Source of the DNA: a virus
Lineage: Duplodnaviria > Caudoviricetes
Length of the DNA: 64,000 nt
Strand: one strand, 5' to 3'
IMG/VR virus record: IMGVR_UViG_2775506814_000001
Span: 3,716 to 67,715 of that record
Part shown: positions 1 through 9,091 of the stretch, piece after piece
Position numbering within the stretch: the stretch's first letter is position 1
Layout: every line of letters starts with the position of its first letter
Notes under the pieces: model-generated
Told to the model about the DNA's origin: nothing
The model's input: the letters and a program-made list of their open reading frames with translations, nothing else
Database searches by the model: none
Translations under genes and position numbers: made by a program

Positions 1-587
1 TTGCGTTTGCCCGGTGTTCGATGCACAAACCCCTTCAGGCGGCTAGCCTCATCGTAGATCAGGATTTTCCAACGCCAGCCCCTGTCCTGCCCGATCGTCT
101 CCCAAAGCCACGGCAGGTTCTCACGGTTGATGATCGTGAATTCCGCATCGCGTTTCAGGGCGGCCAGGCGCTGCGCTTCCGACCCGCAGACGACTGTGAA
201 TGTTGCATCGGCAAGGTGTTCCCACTCAGCCAATTCAGTCGGCCACGTCTCTTCCGCAACCGTCAACGGGGCAATGATGATGGTGCGCCACGTCAGTCGC
301 TTCTTCATCAGTCTGCGCGCACCGGTCAACGCCGCGGCCGTCTTGCCGAGGCTCATCTCGGCGGCGCCTAGGAGATACGGCATTGTGACGATGCGGTCGG
401 CGAGATAGCGCTGATAGGAGCGGAGCATGCTTTCCGGTCGGAGCCCCGAAGCCGGTGGTGCGATCCCTAGTAGTTGTTCAAGGAAAGCGGAAAGCGGAGT
501 CTCGACAGAGGGGGTCTCCGATACCTGCAGAACCGTGGAAAGGAGGCTCGCAAGAGGGCTGTCATCAATCGAACAGAGCACAGCCAT
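1..587 (-). CDS. SNF2-family helicase, N-terminal part (runs off the left window edge)
   Basis: Not in the ORF track because it has no stop in the window. Manual translation from ATG 587: MAVLCSIDDSPLASLL...MLRSYQ...AEMSLGKT (motif I)...IIAPLTVAEETW...ILIYDEAS (motif II). Directly follows VRR-NUC, as in Chi-like phages. Confidence 0.9.
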   Translation of the reverse strand, partial: MAVLCSIDDSPLASLLSTVLQVSETPSVETPLSAFLEQLLGIAPPASGLRPESMLRSYQRYLADRIVTMPYLLGAAEMSLGKTAAALTGARRLMKKRLTWRTIIIAPLTVAEETWPTELAEWEHLADATFTVVCGSEAQRLAALKRDAEFTIINRENLPWLWETIGQDRGWRWKILIYDEASRLKGFVHRTPGKR

Positions 588-834
588 CCTCGTAGTTGTC
601 GATCACATGGACATCGAGGCCGTATTCACGCAGCAACTTGATTTGGCGCATCTGCTGTTCATTCGGCTCTTTGCCAAAGTCCTTGAACTCGATAACGATG
701 GGGCGGCGCTTGCGCTTGAAGAACCAACTGTCCGGGCACCCGTTTCGCCCGATGAACTGCACGCGACGAGCCAGCCAGCCCTTTGACTTGGCGTAGGCCG
801 TAACCGGGTTCTGGACGTGCGGGATTTCCGCCAT
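565..834 (-). CDS. VRR-NUC domain nuclease
   Basis: GRNGCPD...VIEFK...Q signature; SD AAGGTGA upstream. Confidence 0.9.
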   Translation of the reverse strand: MAEIPHVQNPVTAYAKSKGWLARRVQFIGRNGCPDSWFFKRKRRPIVIEFKDFGKEPNEQQMRQIKLLREYGLDVHVIDNYEDGCALFD

Positions 835-2015
835 CAATCACCTTTTGGTTGATTTTCAAGACATAGTGAGAGCAGGATCTGAAGGGGACTCACAAGCTCG
901 TGCGTCGAGGCATGCTTCGATGAACGTGATCGCCTGCTCTGCAACGATCGCATTGCCATAACCCCGCAATAGTCCCACACGGGCGGGAGCCCCATGAGCC
1001 AACGGGGATGAGCCGGGTTCAACTGGCCGCCATCGTCCATCCCGGCAGAAGATCCAGTCAGCATCTCGCCACTGGCCGTTAACCGGGCCGGGCCGTCTGT
1101 CGTTCTCCATTGCAGCAGTTGTTGCGGTCCCATTTCGTCTTTTCTGTCCCCACCCCGACTCCTGAATTTGTCTGTTGTTGGCGTCTGCCAGCCTGCCAAC
1201 GTTGCCACGCGCGGCAACTGGTCCAACCGCGAGCGTGTCGACCCGTCCGGGTTCACGGCTGTTGTCGCCATGCCGGCTGTGTCCTTCCAGTCCCTCGCCG
1301 AGGCTGTCGGCCAACCTGCCAATGGAACCGTTTCCGAAAGACCCATCATTCCCGGTCTTGGGCTCACCGCACCCTGTTTGATCGCATCCGTGCTTGTGCA
1401 CGTCGGCCACCCGGCCAAGTGCGTCGCCTGTGCCGTCAATGTGTCCGCCACCCCTCGGCCATGGCGCATGCCCGCGCTCTCTGCGTCCTCCGCTTTCGGT
1501 GTTGCCCATCCTTTGCGAAACCCAGTAGAGCCGCTGGCGGATGTGCGGGGCGCCGACCCCCGCAGCGCAAAAATCGGCGGCCCCAACGGCATATCGTGCT
1601 GCCCATAGGTCAGCTTGTACAACGTTGAGCCAATACCTTCCGTCCTCGCTCGCAACCTGTTCCCCAAAGACGACTGGAGGTTTCCGCTCTCGGATAAGCC
1701 GTGAAAACTCAGGCCAAAGGTGTCGGCCGTCGGCATGGCGATCACATCCGCAATCGAGGCAGATGAAATGTCCGGTTTTGCGAGGGTGGCACAGATTACG
1801 TTTGCCACCACACGATGGGCATCGTTGTTTCTTGCCGGCCAACGAGAACGGCGGGCAGGGACATGACCCTGTCCAGACAGGGCGGTCGTCAGGCCACCCT
1901 GCGCATCGGAGGGCGTAGCTCCAGACGCCGACCCCGGCGAAGAAATGACACTGAGTAAATCCGTCCAGATCGTCCGGGCCAACATCCTCGATACTCCGCT
2001 CATCGACTTCGCCAT
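834..2015 (-). CDS. Alternative-frame C5 methyltransferase beta polypeptide (start uncertain, possibly about 1736)
   Basis: Four GW.T(P) repeats plus a motif-IX-like GQLNPAHPRWLMGLP; long open frame nested in the alpha gene. Confidence 0.7.
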   Translation of the reverse strand: MAKSMSGVSRMLARTIWTDLLSVISSPGSASGATPSDAQGGLTTALSGQGHVPARRSRWPARNNDAHRVVANVICATLAKPDISSASIADVIAMPTADTFGLSFHGLSESGNLQSSLGNRLRARTEGIGSTLYKLTYGQHDMPLGPPIFALRGSAPRTSASGSTGFRKGWATPKAEDAESAGMRHGRGVADTLTAQATHLAGWPTCTSTDAIKQGAVSPRPGMMGLSETVPLAGWPTASARDWKDTAGMATTAVNPDGSTRSRLDQLPRVATLAGWQTPTTDKFRSRGGDRKDEMGPQQLLQWRTTDGPARLTASGEMLTGSSAGMDDGGQLNPAHPRWLMGLPPVWDYCGVMAMRSLQSRRSRSSKHASTHELVSPLQILLSLCLENQPKGD

Positions 2016-2097
2016 CGGCGATGATACCGGCCCTGATCAGTTCCCTCAGCCAGGCTGCCGTCTTCGTGTCGTTCTCGTTGTAGTAGGCAAAACTCAT
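856..2097 (-). CDS. C5-cytosine DNA methyltransferase, large (alpha) polypeptide with Cys-rich insertion
   Basis: Motifs FFAGVG (I), PCPPFS (IV), GEQV (VI), PHIRQRLY (VIII), LRGYGNAIV (X); motif IX not visible in this frame. Confidence 0.9.
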   Translation of the reverse strand: MSFAYYNENDTKTAAWLRELIRAGIIADGEVDERSIEDVGPDDLDGFTQCHFFAGVGVWSYALRCAGWPDDRPVWTGSCPCPPFSLAGKKQRCPSCGGKRNLCHPRKTGHFICLDCGCDRHADGRHLWPEFSRLIRERKPPVVFGEQVASEDGRYWLNVVQADLWAARYAVGAADFCAAGVGAPHIRQRLYWVSQRMGNTESGGRRERGHAPWPRGGGHIDGTGDALGRVADVHKHGCDQTGCGEPKTGNDGSFGNGSIGRLADSLGEGLEGHSRHGDNSREPGRVDTLAVGPVAARGNVGRLADANNRQIQESGWGQKRRNGTATTAAMENDRRPGPVNGQWRDADWIFCRDGRWRPVEPGSSPLAHGAPARVGLLRGYGNAIVAEQAITFIEACLDARACESPSDPALTMS

Positions 2098-2354
2098 GTC
2101 TTAGCCCAATCAGGCCAGACATCTTCCGCAGCGCCGCCCGCAGCAACGAAGCCTCTGGCATACTGAAGCGCGGCGTCTGGATAGAGTGTGCCGCCGCAGC
2201 GCTCGCAAATGACTTTCTCGCGTGAAAGCGTGCCCAGATACGGCGACGAGATCCGATGAGCGTAACAGGACTCGAGACGTGCCACGTTTTGGCGCGCCTC
2301 CTCGATCTGCTCCATCAACTCGGCCTTGCTGATCGTCATTCTGAAATCAGGCAT
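2094..2354 (-). CDS. Hypothetical protein (CxxC)
   Basis: Overlaps both neighbouring genes. Confidence 0.7.
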   Translation of the reverse strand: MPDFRMTISKAELMEQIEEARQNVARLESCYAHRISSPYLGTLSREKVICERCGGTLYPDAALQYARGFVAAGGAAEDVWPDWAKT

Positions 2355-2706
2355 CGCTCACGCCTTCCATCTTCGCCTCAAACTCGACCAGCTGATCGAG
2401 GAGGGTTCCCATGATACCGTGAGGCTCACCCCCTTCACCGCGCGTCATGGCCGGGGCAATGTCAGCCAGTCTGGTGCCGTTCTGAAGGGCGAAAGACAGG
2501 AGGATCGCAGCATCCCGGACATTGATGTCCTGGTCAGTTGAAGGCTTGTGTCTGCCTTTCAGGATGAAGTTGACGAAGACCTCGCCAACCCTGCCATCCT
2601 CATATGTGCCAACAGTGGCCCGAAATTCCGAGCCTTTGCCTTCCGGGTTCGTGTGAACGAAATCGAAGGTCTCGGCATATCGGCGATTGCTCAGTCGTTC
2701 CCGCAT
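2347..2706 (-). CDS. Stand-alone TSCPD / NrdJ C-terminal-like domain protein
   Basis: RERL.NRR...TVGTYEDGRVGEVF...SFALQNG pattern. Confidence 0.75.
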   Translation of the reverse strand: MRERLSNRRYAETFDFVHTNPEGKGSEFRATVGTYEDGRVGEVFVNFILKGRHKPSTDQDINVRDAAILLSFALQNGTRLADIAPAMTRGEGGEPHGIMGTLLDQLVEFEAKMEGVSDA

Positions 2707-2743
2707 TTCGACACCACCAGTTGTTAAGTCACTATTTTGTTGA

Positions 2744-4864
2744 TTATATTGATGCGGCTGCGCCAACACCACCGCTTAATATCTGCGATAGAAACGCTTC
2801 CAAAGGGCAGTGATCTGGCGCGACCTTGGAAAGAAACTGCGACAGGAACGCCTCAAGAGGAGGCACGATGTAGCCGATTTCGGCAAGCATCGCGTATGCC
2901 TCGTCAATGTAGCGCTGGCGATCCAGATCATGAGGAACCGCGAAGTCCCGAGGCATTCGCATCAGAGGTGTCGAGCCATCTGACTTTGAGACCTTGTTGC
3001 GGTTGCCTGTCTTCGCGTGCGGCTTTCCGCGCATGATCGGTGCGCCGTCGGTCGACCAGTAAAAGCGAACTGTCTTGCCGAGATATTCACCCTTCCAGTC
3101 GGCGCCACCCTTCGCTTTTATGACGGTCACAAAACCCCGAACATCGTTATAGGAGTTGACGAAACTCTCGATCGACTGCCCCTTGGTCAGGAACGCCAAG
3201 ACGGCGTCGCCACAGACGGTCATCTTGGGGTTCTTTTTCAACTGCTCGCGGATGCTGTAATCCGGGGAGGACGGATCCCAATGGTTCGCGATTGCGCCTT
3301 TCCGCTTTGCCTTCCCATCCGGCTTGATCGCCACATAGTAGTTCACATCGCGGTTATAGATCGCTGCGTACTCCGCGCCTTCAAGGACGAAGCTGGTGCG
3401 CTGCTCCCACCATTCGATGATGTCCTTGAGGACGCCTCCGGCCGGCCGGTCTTTCCGCATGCCCTGATAGATCGAACGGGGCACCTTCATGACAATGCCG
3501 TCGGTATTCGCCGACACCACTCGAATGCCGTGCTTCTCGGCCCGCTCGATCAGCATCAGCAAAGTGAGCTGCCCGGTCAACGTGGTCGCGATCATCAGAT
3601 GCGGCGCATATAGGATGCTGTAGCGACTGCCGAGCTTGCCATACGGGCCGTTGAGACCGACTTTCAGACCGTCTGAGCGCTGCTTGTGATAGAGTTCGAG
3701 TTCGCGGTCACCCCTGTCTCGCGCAGCATTCGAACGCCCCTTTTCGGCCATGCGCTCGTCTTTGATCCCGCCATAGACCTTCTGGAATTTCGGGCCGACG
3801 GCCCTCGGATATAGACCGAGTTTCAGGATGATCGACGGGTACTGCGATCCCACGTCGACATCGACAAGTTGGCCTTCGGCATCCGAGAACTCAGCGCGGC
3901 ACTTCTCCTGTGAGTGCAGGCCGCCAATGCCGAGTTTGTAGGTCGCCCCGCCGATGGCGATCTTGAATTTCTTGAACTCCTCCGGAAACTTGACCGAACC
4001 CGTCGCTGTGACCTGGATATCGGTATTCCGGATTACGTTTAGGACATCGCGAAGAAGGGGTGTTTCAAACGCGATGAAGTCGGGAACCTGATAGCGGAAG
4101 GTGTAGGCGCCGCGGAACTCGGCTTTCTGAATTCGGCTGCCGGTGATGCGCTCGACACCGGTCTTGATCATGCGCTCGCCAGTTTGCGCGTCGGAAAGCG
4201 ACCGAGCGTCGAAGCCATAGAGTTCCCCGATAGATTCCCGGAGTTCCAGCATTTCCTTGCATGCATGAAAGAGCGCCAGGGTCGCGGGACAGTCCGAATT
4301 CAGGCAGTAGTCGGAAAGCTTGTCCATTTGATCGTGCGTGAGAACGGTCTCAGGCGCGTATGGGAGATCCTGAAGGCGTTCGGAATGGAGACGCCCGGCA
4401 AGCGTCTTGAGGCTCGCGCTTCCGGACGCGAACTGGTTTGAATCCAGTTCGTCTTCATCCCCCTCCGCTGTCTTCGAACCAACCGAGGGATTGGTGTCGA
4501 AAAGGTCGATATGATCGACATACGGCGGGACGATAATCCCGTAGTCGCGCTCGCAGTCCCACGGCTTCAACCGCTTCTTGATAATCGCGTCAGACAGTGC
4601 CTTAAGCTGTGTGTTCGTCGCTCCGGATATGGCATATAGCAGCATCATCATGTCATAGTCGCGGCTATTGAAGCCGACGAACGTGTATTTACGAAGAAGT
4701 TTCCGAACCCTCTGCGGATTAAAATCCGCTCTGTCACTACGTTCGTATGACGCGGTCTGACCGTCTTCTCGAAGAATGCCCACATAAAAGTAGTTTTCGT
4801 AGCATTCTATGTCGAATACTGCGATCGGTCTTTCTGTCTTAAAGCGTTCTGTTCTCGGCGCCAT
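2744..4864 (-). CDS. DNA polymerase, family B-like, with 3'-5' exonuclease domain
   Basis: FDIECY and GFNSRDYD (Exo I/II); DVGSQYP, KVGLNGPYGKLG, ANTDG polymerase motifs; start reassigned to ATG 4864. Confidence 0.9.
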   Translation of the reverse strand: MAPRTERFKTERPIAVFDIECYENYFYVGILREDGQTASYERSDRADFNPQRVRKLLRKYTFVGFNSRDYDMMMLLYAISGATNTQLKALSDAIIKKRLKPWDCERDYGIIVPPYVDHIDLFDTNPSVGSKTAEGDEDELDSNQFASGSASLKTLAGRLHSERLQDLPYAPETVLTHDQMDKLSDYCLNSDCPATLALFHACKEMLELRESIGELYGFDARSLSDAQTGERMIKTGVERITGSRIQKAEFRGAYTFRYQVPDFIAFETPLLRDVLNVIRNTDIQVTATGSVKFPEEFKKFKIAIGGATYKLGIGGLHSQEKCRAEFSDAEGQLVDVDVGSQYPSIILKLGLYPRAVGPKFQKVYGGIKDERMAEKGRSNAARDRGDRELELYHKQRSDGLKVGLNGPYGKLGSRYSILYAPHLMIATTLTGQLTLLMLIERAEKHGIRVVSANTDGIVMKVPRSIYQGMRKDRPAGGVLKDIIEWWEQRTSFVLEGAEYAAIYNRDVNYYVAIKPDGKAKRKGAIANHWDPSSPDYSIREQLKKNPKMTVCGDAVLAFLTKGQSIESFVNSYNDVRGFVTVIKAKGGADWKGEYLGKTVRFYWSTDGAPIMRGKPHAKTGNRNKVSKSDGSTPLMRMPRDFAVPHDLDRQRYIDEAYAMLAEIGYIVPPLEAFLSQFLSKVAPDHCPLEAFLSQILSGGVGAAASI

Positions 4865-4866
4865 CG

Positions 4867-5448
4867 TCAGATGTCGTAACGGTCTGCGTGCCGCGGGTTG
4901 GACGAACCGATGAGAAGCTGCCAGATTTCCGAGACCCACTGCGCCTGATGGAGCGCGTCAGCCAGCGCATTGTGCTTGGTGCCCGTGAAATCCGGAACCC
5001 GATAGCCCTTTGACTCGCCAAGTTCACGAATCGTGCGGCAGTCGCGCACCAACCAGAAATTCCACGGTATTGGGGCATTAGGGCCGAGCACACGATAATA
5101 GGCGTGCTCAAGGATCGTGATGTCGAAATGTGGGCCATTGCCCCAGATCGGGGCCTCCCGATCCAACGACAGGAACGCACTAAGCTTCCCGAGCACCTGC
5201 TCAAGCGGCAGCTTACCGGCAACAGCGTCATGGCGCGCGGCGTCGCTTTGTTTCATCCACCATGCCAGGGTGCGCCCCTCGATAAGCCCGTAGCGAAGCG
5301 CGCTATCCAGATCGACGGTCTCGTAGAACTCTTTCCTGAGTTCACCTGTTGAAGGGCGGAAGAAGCAGGCACCGACGGCAATAACCGGTGCGTTGAACCG
5401 CGTTCCCAACGTCTCGATATCAAGCATGCAATGAACGTCACCCATCAC
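4867..5448 (-). CDS. DEDDh 3'-5' exonuclease (DUF5051/Rv2179c-like)
   Basis: MLDIETLG, WGNGPHFD, RDCRT, HNALADA. Confidence 0.9.
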   Translation of the reverse strand: MMGDVHCMLDIETLGTRFNAPVIAVGACFFRPSTGELRKEFYETVDLDSALRYGLIEGRTLAWWMKQSDAARHDAVAGKLPLEQVLGKLSAFLSLDREAPIWGNGPHFDITILEHAYYRVLGPNAPIPWNFWLVRDCRTIRELGESKGYRVPDFTGTKHNALADALHQAQWVSEIWQLLIGSSNPRHADRYDI

Positions 5449-5469
5449 CGCCTCCAGTGCTGGCGTTGA

Positions 5470-5492
5470 AACGGCGGGTTAGACCCGCCGTT
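5470..5492 (-). terminator. Hairpin downstream of the SSB gene
   Basis: AACGGCGGGT-tag-ACCCGCCGTT perfect 10-bp inverted repeat; only a short U-tract. Confidence 0.45.
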
Positions 5493-5521
5493 GTCACTTT
5501 TTGGTTGAATATCGGCGCAGC

Positions 5522-6268
5522 TCAGATGTCGTCGAACGACCTGCGGCGACGCGGGCGGTCGTCTTCGTCATCGTCGGCAGGCTTGCGGCGACGCGGGCGC
5601 TCGTCTTCGTCATCGTCGATCGAGGACGCGGTTCGACGGCGCGCCGGCTTCCGGTCGAGGTCGTCATCCTCCTCGTCCTCGTCGCCGTAGTCCTCGAATT
5701 CGCTGTCGTCGATGCCGCCGCCCGTGAACTCCTCGTCGCGCTTGTAATACTGGATACCGTCGATCGTCGCGAAAATTCCGTTGCCGCCCTTGTCCTTGTC
5801 GGTAATCGCATAGAAATGAAAATAGGCGATTGCCCAGAACCCGGAAACGAAAAGCTCTTCTGCCTCGTCGGCATCGATTTCTTCGCCCTTCCGGTTGCGC
5901 AACTTGACCTTCTTGTCACTGTTGAGCTTCAGATACCAGGTGTCCTCGTAATGTTCGCGAACATCACCGTCGGGGGTCAGGTTGTCGTCGCCGTCGAAGA
6001 TGGGAAGTCGCTTCGAGTCGAAGGCCTTCAGCAGTCTTTCGGGGTCTTTGCCCGGCCAGCGCTCAGAAATGATGGCATCAACTGCTTCGTCGACGACGGC
6101 CTTATTCTGGCGACCTTCCTTGGTCTTCTTCATGATCAGACCATTGGTCCGATACATGAGTTTGCCGCCCGCCGTCGAAGGCGTCTTCTTCAGGATCTTG
6201 CAGTAGGAAAGGCGAACCAGGCATTTGACAGTGCCGGTGTCGGGATTGAATGAGGGTTTGAAGCCCAT
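5522..6268 (-). CDS. ssDNA-binding protein (DUF2815 / T7 gp2.5-like)
   Basis: VRLSY...FDGD...SG...GIQY; acidic/Arg-rich tail; position between DUF2800 and polymerase. Confidence 0.85.
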   Translation of the reverse strand: MGFKPSFNPDTGTVKCLVRLSYCKILKKTPSTAGGKLMYRTNGLIMKKTKEGRQNKAVVDEAVDAIISERWPGKDPERLLKAFDSKRLPIFDGDDNLTPDGDVREHYEDTWYLKLNSDKKVKLRNRKGEEIDADEAEELFVSGFWAIAYFHFYAITDKDKGGNGIFATIDGIQYYKRDEEFTGGGIDDSEFEDYGDEDEEDDDLDRKPARRRTASSIDDDEDERPRRRKPADDDEDDRPRRRRSFDDI

Positions 6269-6323
6269 CTCAGTTCTCCGGATGATCGATTGAACGGTTG
6301 AGTAGAAGAGCAGATGAGTGCGC

Positions 6324-7541
6324 TCAGTCGTCGACGCCTTCCTCGCCGTAGTCCTCGAAAACGGAGTCGGTCAGCAGCGCGGGCCTCGCGTCCTCCAGTG
6401 GAACGATCACGGGTTGCTGTATGCCTCCCGTAAACAGGAATGAGGGGAATTTCCCCTTTCCGTAGACTTTATCCAGTTGGGCTACGCTAATCAACTTTTC
6501 GTTGATTAACTTGCTCCGCGGAACCCCTTTTCTGACCAGATATCGCTCGGACAGCCCTTCGTCGACGTGAACGCGTTTCGACCGCTTTCCCGCAACAAGC
6601 TTCAGGCCGTATTTGGCGCCATCCCCGAGTTTCACGTCAGCAGATACGGTCTGCTCGATCCGGCTGAGAAACCCTCGCAACGCTGTGAGCCGCATGTAAA
6701 TCGCCGCCTTGCGTTTGACGTTGAGCCCTTCGACCTCCGGGAGTTCGATTTCATCGCCATCTTCAAGCGCGTCGAGATCGTCGAAGTCGATATCAAAGGA
6801 CGACAGGTTCCAGGCCTCATACTCCGGGCAGGCGCCGTCGACCTTGGCAGCCGGACACCATAGACACGCTTCGTCAGACGGTGTGCACGGCGCGTCCTCA
6901 TCGAACGTGAGCGCCGCGCGCGCCTTGACCTCTTCACCGAATGCCAGAAGCTCATCGAGCGTCAAAATCCACTCGCCACCGCCCCGGCCGTTCCTCGGTT
7001 GATCGATGATGAAGCGGAAGACCTTGGCATCCGAGATATGGCGGGCAACGTCATTCCAGAAACCGAGCCCATAGATCGGAACCTGCGGATTTCCAACACA
7101 TGGCACCGCAATGCCGGCACCATATTTCAGGTCACCGATCACAATCTCTTTCCGGCCGACAATCCCACGATCCAGTGTGCCGAGCTGATCGTTGCCGTCC
7201 TCATCCTTGCCGACCCACGGTGTGATGTTGACGCGATACTCGCTAAATCTCTGACCTTCGAACTCGGCCAGCCGATCGAGGCCTGGCTGGATTGCATCAC
7301 ACATCGCCTCGTCGACGACGAAATGATAGCCGTCTGCGGACATGCGACGGCCGAGCAGGTCGTAGGGCTCAAAGCCGAGATTGAAGCAGTAATCGTTGGC
7401 GACCCTGTGTGCGATCGTGCCCTCTGCCGCAGCAAAGCTTGATTGGTCGCTGTTCAGGCCAAGCTTCTTGCACCGGTTGATGGCGCCGGCACATCCCATC
7501 CATCGCTTGGCGTCGGAAGGTGCGTTTCTAGCGTGTGCCAT
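6324..7541 (-). CDS. DUF2800 Cas4/PD-(D/E)xK-like exonuclease
   Basis: HARNAPS..RWM.C, AAEGTIAH, GTLD...DLKYG.G, C.WCPA. Confidence 0.9.
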   Translation of the reverse strand: MAHARNAPSDAKRWMGCAGAINRCKKLGLNSDQSSFAAAEGTIAHRVANDYCFNLGFEPYDLLGRRMSADGYHFVVDEAMCDAIQPGLDRLAEFEGQRFSEYRVNITPWVGKDEDGNDQLGTLDRGIVGRKEIVIGDLKYGAGIAVPCVGNPQVPIYGLGFWNDVARHISDAKVFRFIIDQPRNGRGGGEWILTLDELLAFGEEVKARAALTFDEDAPCTPSDEACLWCPAAKVDGACPEYEAWNLSSFDIDFDDLDALEDGDEIELPEVEGLNVKRKAAIYMRLTALRGFLSRIEQTVSADVKLGDGAKYGLKLVAGKRSKRVHVDEGLSERYLVRKGVPRSKLINEKLISVAQLDKVYGKGKFPSFLFTGGIQQPVIVPLEDARPALLTDSVFEDYGEEGVDD

Positions 7542-7543
7542 CG

Positions 7544-7759
7544 TCAGCCCAACCGTCTGCGTCGTCTGGCGCGAAATCGTTTCCGTGCCTTGTGAGACAG
7601 ATGATATTTCCCGCAGAACCCGCACTTGAAAGTCCCGCAGCCCTTGTGGCTCTTGTTTTCAATCCGACGTGCAACCTTCTTCGCTGTCGCATAGTCGTCA
7701 AAGCCGAATTTGCCTTCGCAGGCTGCGGGCTGGCTGCAGTCAAAGGTTCTCGATGACAT
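7544..7759 (-). CDS. Small basic Zn-finger protein
   Basis: C.GK.GF...FKCGFCGKYHL. Confidence 0.65.
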   Translation of the reverse strand: MSSRTFDCSQPAACEGKFGFDDYATAKKVARRIENKSHKGCGTFKCGFCGKYHLSHKARKRFRARRRRRLG

Positions 7760-8027
7760 ACCAGTCTGCCGCCATGATATCAGCTTGAGACAGTTCGTAT
7801 CCGACCACGCATTCGAGCCCCGTGTCGCTCACGAAGACCGCGTCGATGTGGTCACGTGTCCTGAAGACACATCCCTTTCCGAGATGGGTCACCATCGGCT
7901 CGAATGATGCCTGCACTTCACGCCCAGGCATGAAGACGAGAAATTCAGGATTGCGCTTTGGATGCCAGATGCGACGCGCCACGGCGCTACCCGTTCGCAT
8001 TGTCTCCAGTGCGGCCTGAAAGTTCAT
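7740..8027 (-). CDS. DUF2829 / Tad2-like anti-Thoeris protein
   Basis: MNF..AL....G..VAR..W ... SQADIMAADW family signature. Confidence 0.8.
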   Translation of the reverse strand: MNFQAALETMRTGSAVARRIWHPKRNPEFLVFMPGREVQASFEPMVTHLGKGCVFRTRDHIDAVFVSDTGLECVVGYELSQADIMAADWYVIENL

Positions 8028-8121
8028 GTGAGCCTCCGTGAGGGCATTGAGGAAACGGGCATCGCCCGCTTTCTGAATGCCCCCGGCCAACTGTAAGAGC
8101 TGGCCGGGAACATGAAACGGC

Positions 8122-8580
8122 TCACATGCCGTCGTCATCGCCCTCGTCATCGTCGGACGGCTCGGGGGTCAGGCGGCCTTCCTCCTTCTTCTTCTTGACC
8201 CATGCCACGACACGGTGAAGCTCGGCGGCCGGGACATCCGTGATGGTCGCATCCTGCTTCTTCAGCATCGCAGCGAGCGCCTTCTTGAGCGCGGCAGAGC
8301 GGGCCTGCGGCTCGGGGTCCTTCTCGTTGTCCTCGAACTCGGAGATCCACTCCAGAGCGAAGTCCTTGACCTCCTGGTGGGTCGGGCCGTCGTCGGACTC
8401 CTTCGTCGAGGCCGACTTCCGGCTGCGCGTCGTCTTGGCGGGCTTGTCGTCGGAATCATCACCGCTGGACTTGGTCGAGGCCGCCTTCCCACCGGACGCC
8501 GCGGCGAGCAGCTTTTCCAGGAGGCTGTTGTTGCGTTCCAGAAGCTCGTTGTTGGTCTGCAGAAGCTCTTCGAGTGCCAT
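8122..8580 (-). CDS. Hypothetical protein (coiled-coil N-terminus, disordered linker, acidic tail)
   Basis: SD AAGGA upstream; first gene of the leftward replication operon. Confidence 0.8.
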   Translation of the reverse strand: MALEELLQTNNELLERNNSLLEKLLAAASGGKAASTKSSGDDSDDKPAKTTRSRKSASTKESDDGPTHQEVKDFALEWISEFEDNEKDPEPQARSAALKKALAAMLKKQDATITDVPAAELHRVVAWVKKKKEEGRLTPEPSDDDEGDDDGM

Positions 8581-8738
8581 TGCGGTTCCTTTCAGGGTGA
8601 CATGGCGTTTCACAGCGTGTGCGCCGAAGCGCGGGCACTGACTTGATCACACATCTCGGTTGTCTGGTCAACTAAATATTGACTAAACGAGCGGCGGACC
8701 GTAGCTTGCACGAACGACGCAAGCACAGAGGATTCCAC

Positions 8739-9035
8739 ATGTCTGCGGAACAGAGCGAGGAAGAAGACCTCTCCCTCCACGACCTCATCATGAAAGCCCT
8801 CCCGGAATTCCAGCGCGGCGAGGGCGACGGGGCGAAGCTTGACGTCTACAGGCTCGCAACCGCGCTCGATGTCAGCGCGGAAGCCCTCTACAAGCGATTC
8901 CGGACAGGCCACCCGCAGGAAAACACGATCTCTGTGCGGCTCGCGCGGCGCATCGAGCGGCTGTCTGCGGAAAGCGCGAAGGTGAACAACCATGCGCCGG
9001 TTCTGGCGTCCGCTTTCCAGCGCTTCTTTGTCTGA
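8739..9035 (+). CDS. Cro-like HTH transcriptional regulator
   Basis: LATALDVSAEALYKRF helix-turn-helix; divergent gene upstream of primase. Confidence 0.75.
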   Translation: MSAEQSEEEDLSLHDLIMKALPEFQRGEGDGAKLDVYRLATALDVSAEALYKRFRTGHPQENTISVRLARRIERLSAESAKVNNHAPVLASAFQRFFV

Positions 9036-9091
9036 TCGATTCGACTGACCAGCGCTTCGGACCTGCCCGTAACCCCTGACTCGGGGCAAGT

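Noticed and set aside
5170-5215. LPLEQVLGKL in the exonuclease (and PPLEICRRAF in the primase) as extra tag copies
   Set aside because: They lie within folded conserved domains and deviate from the consensus.
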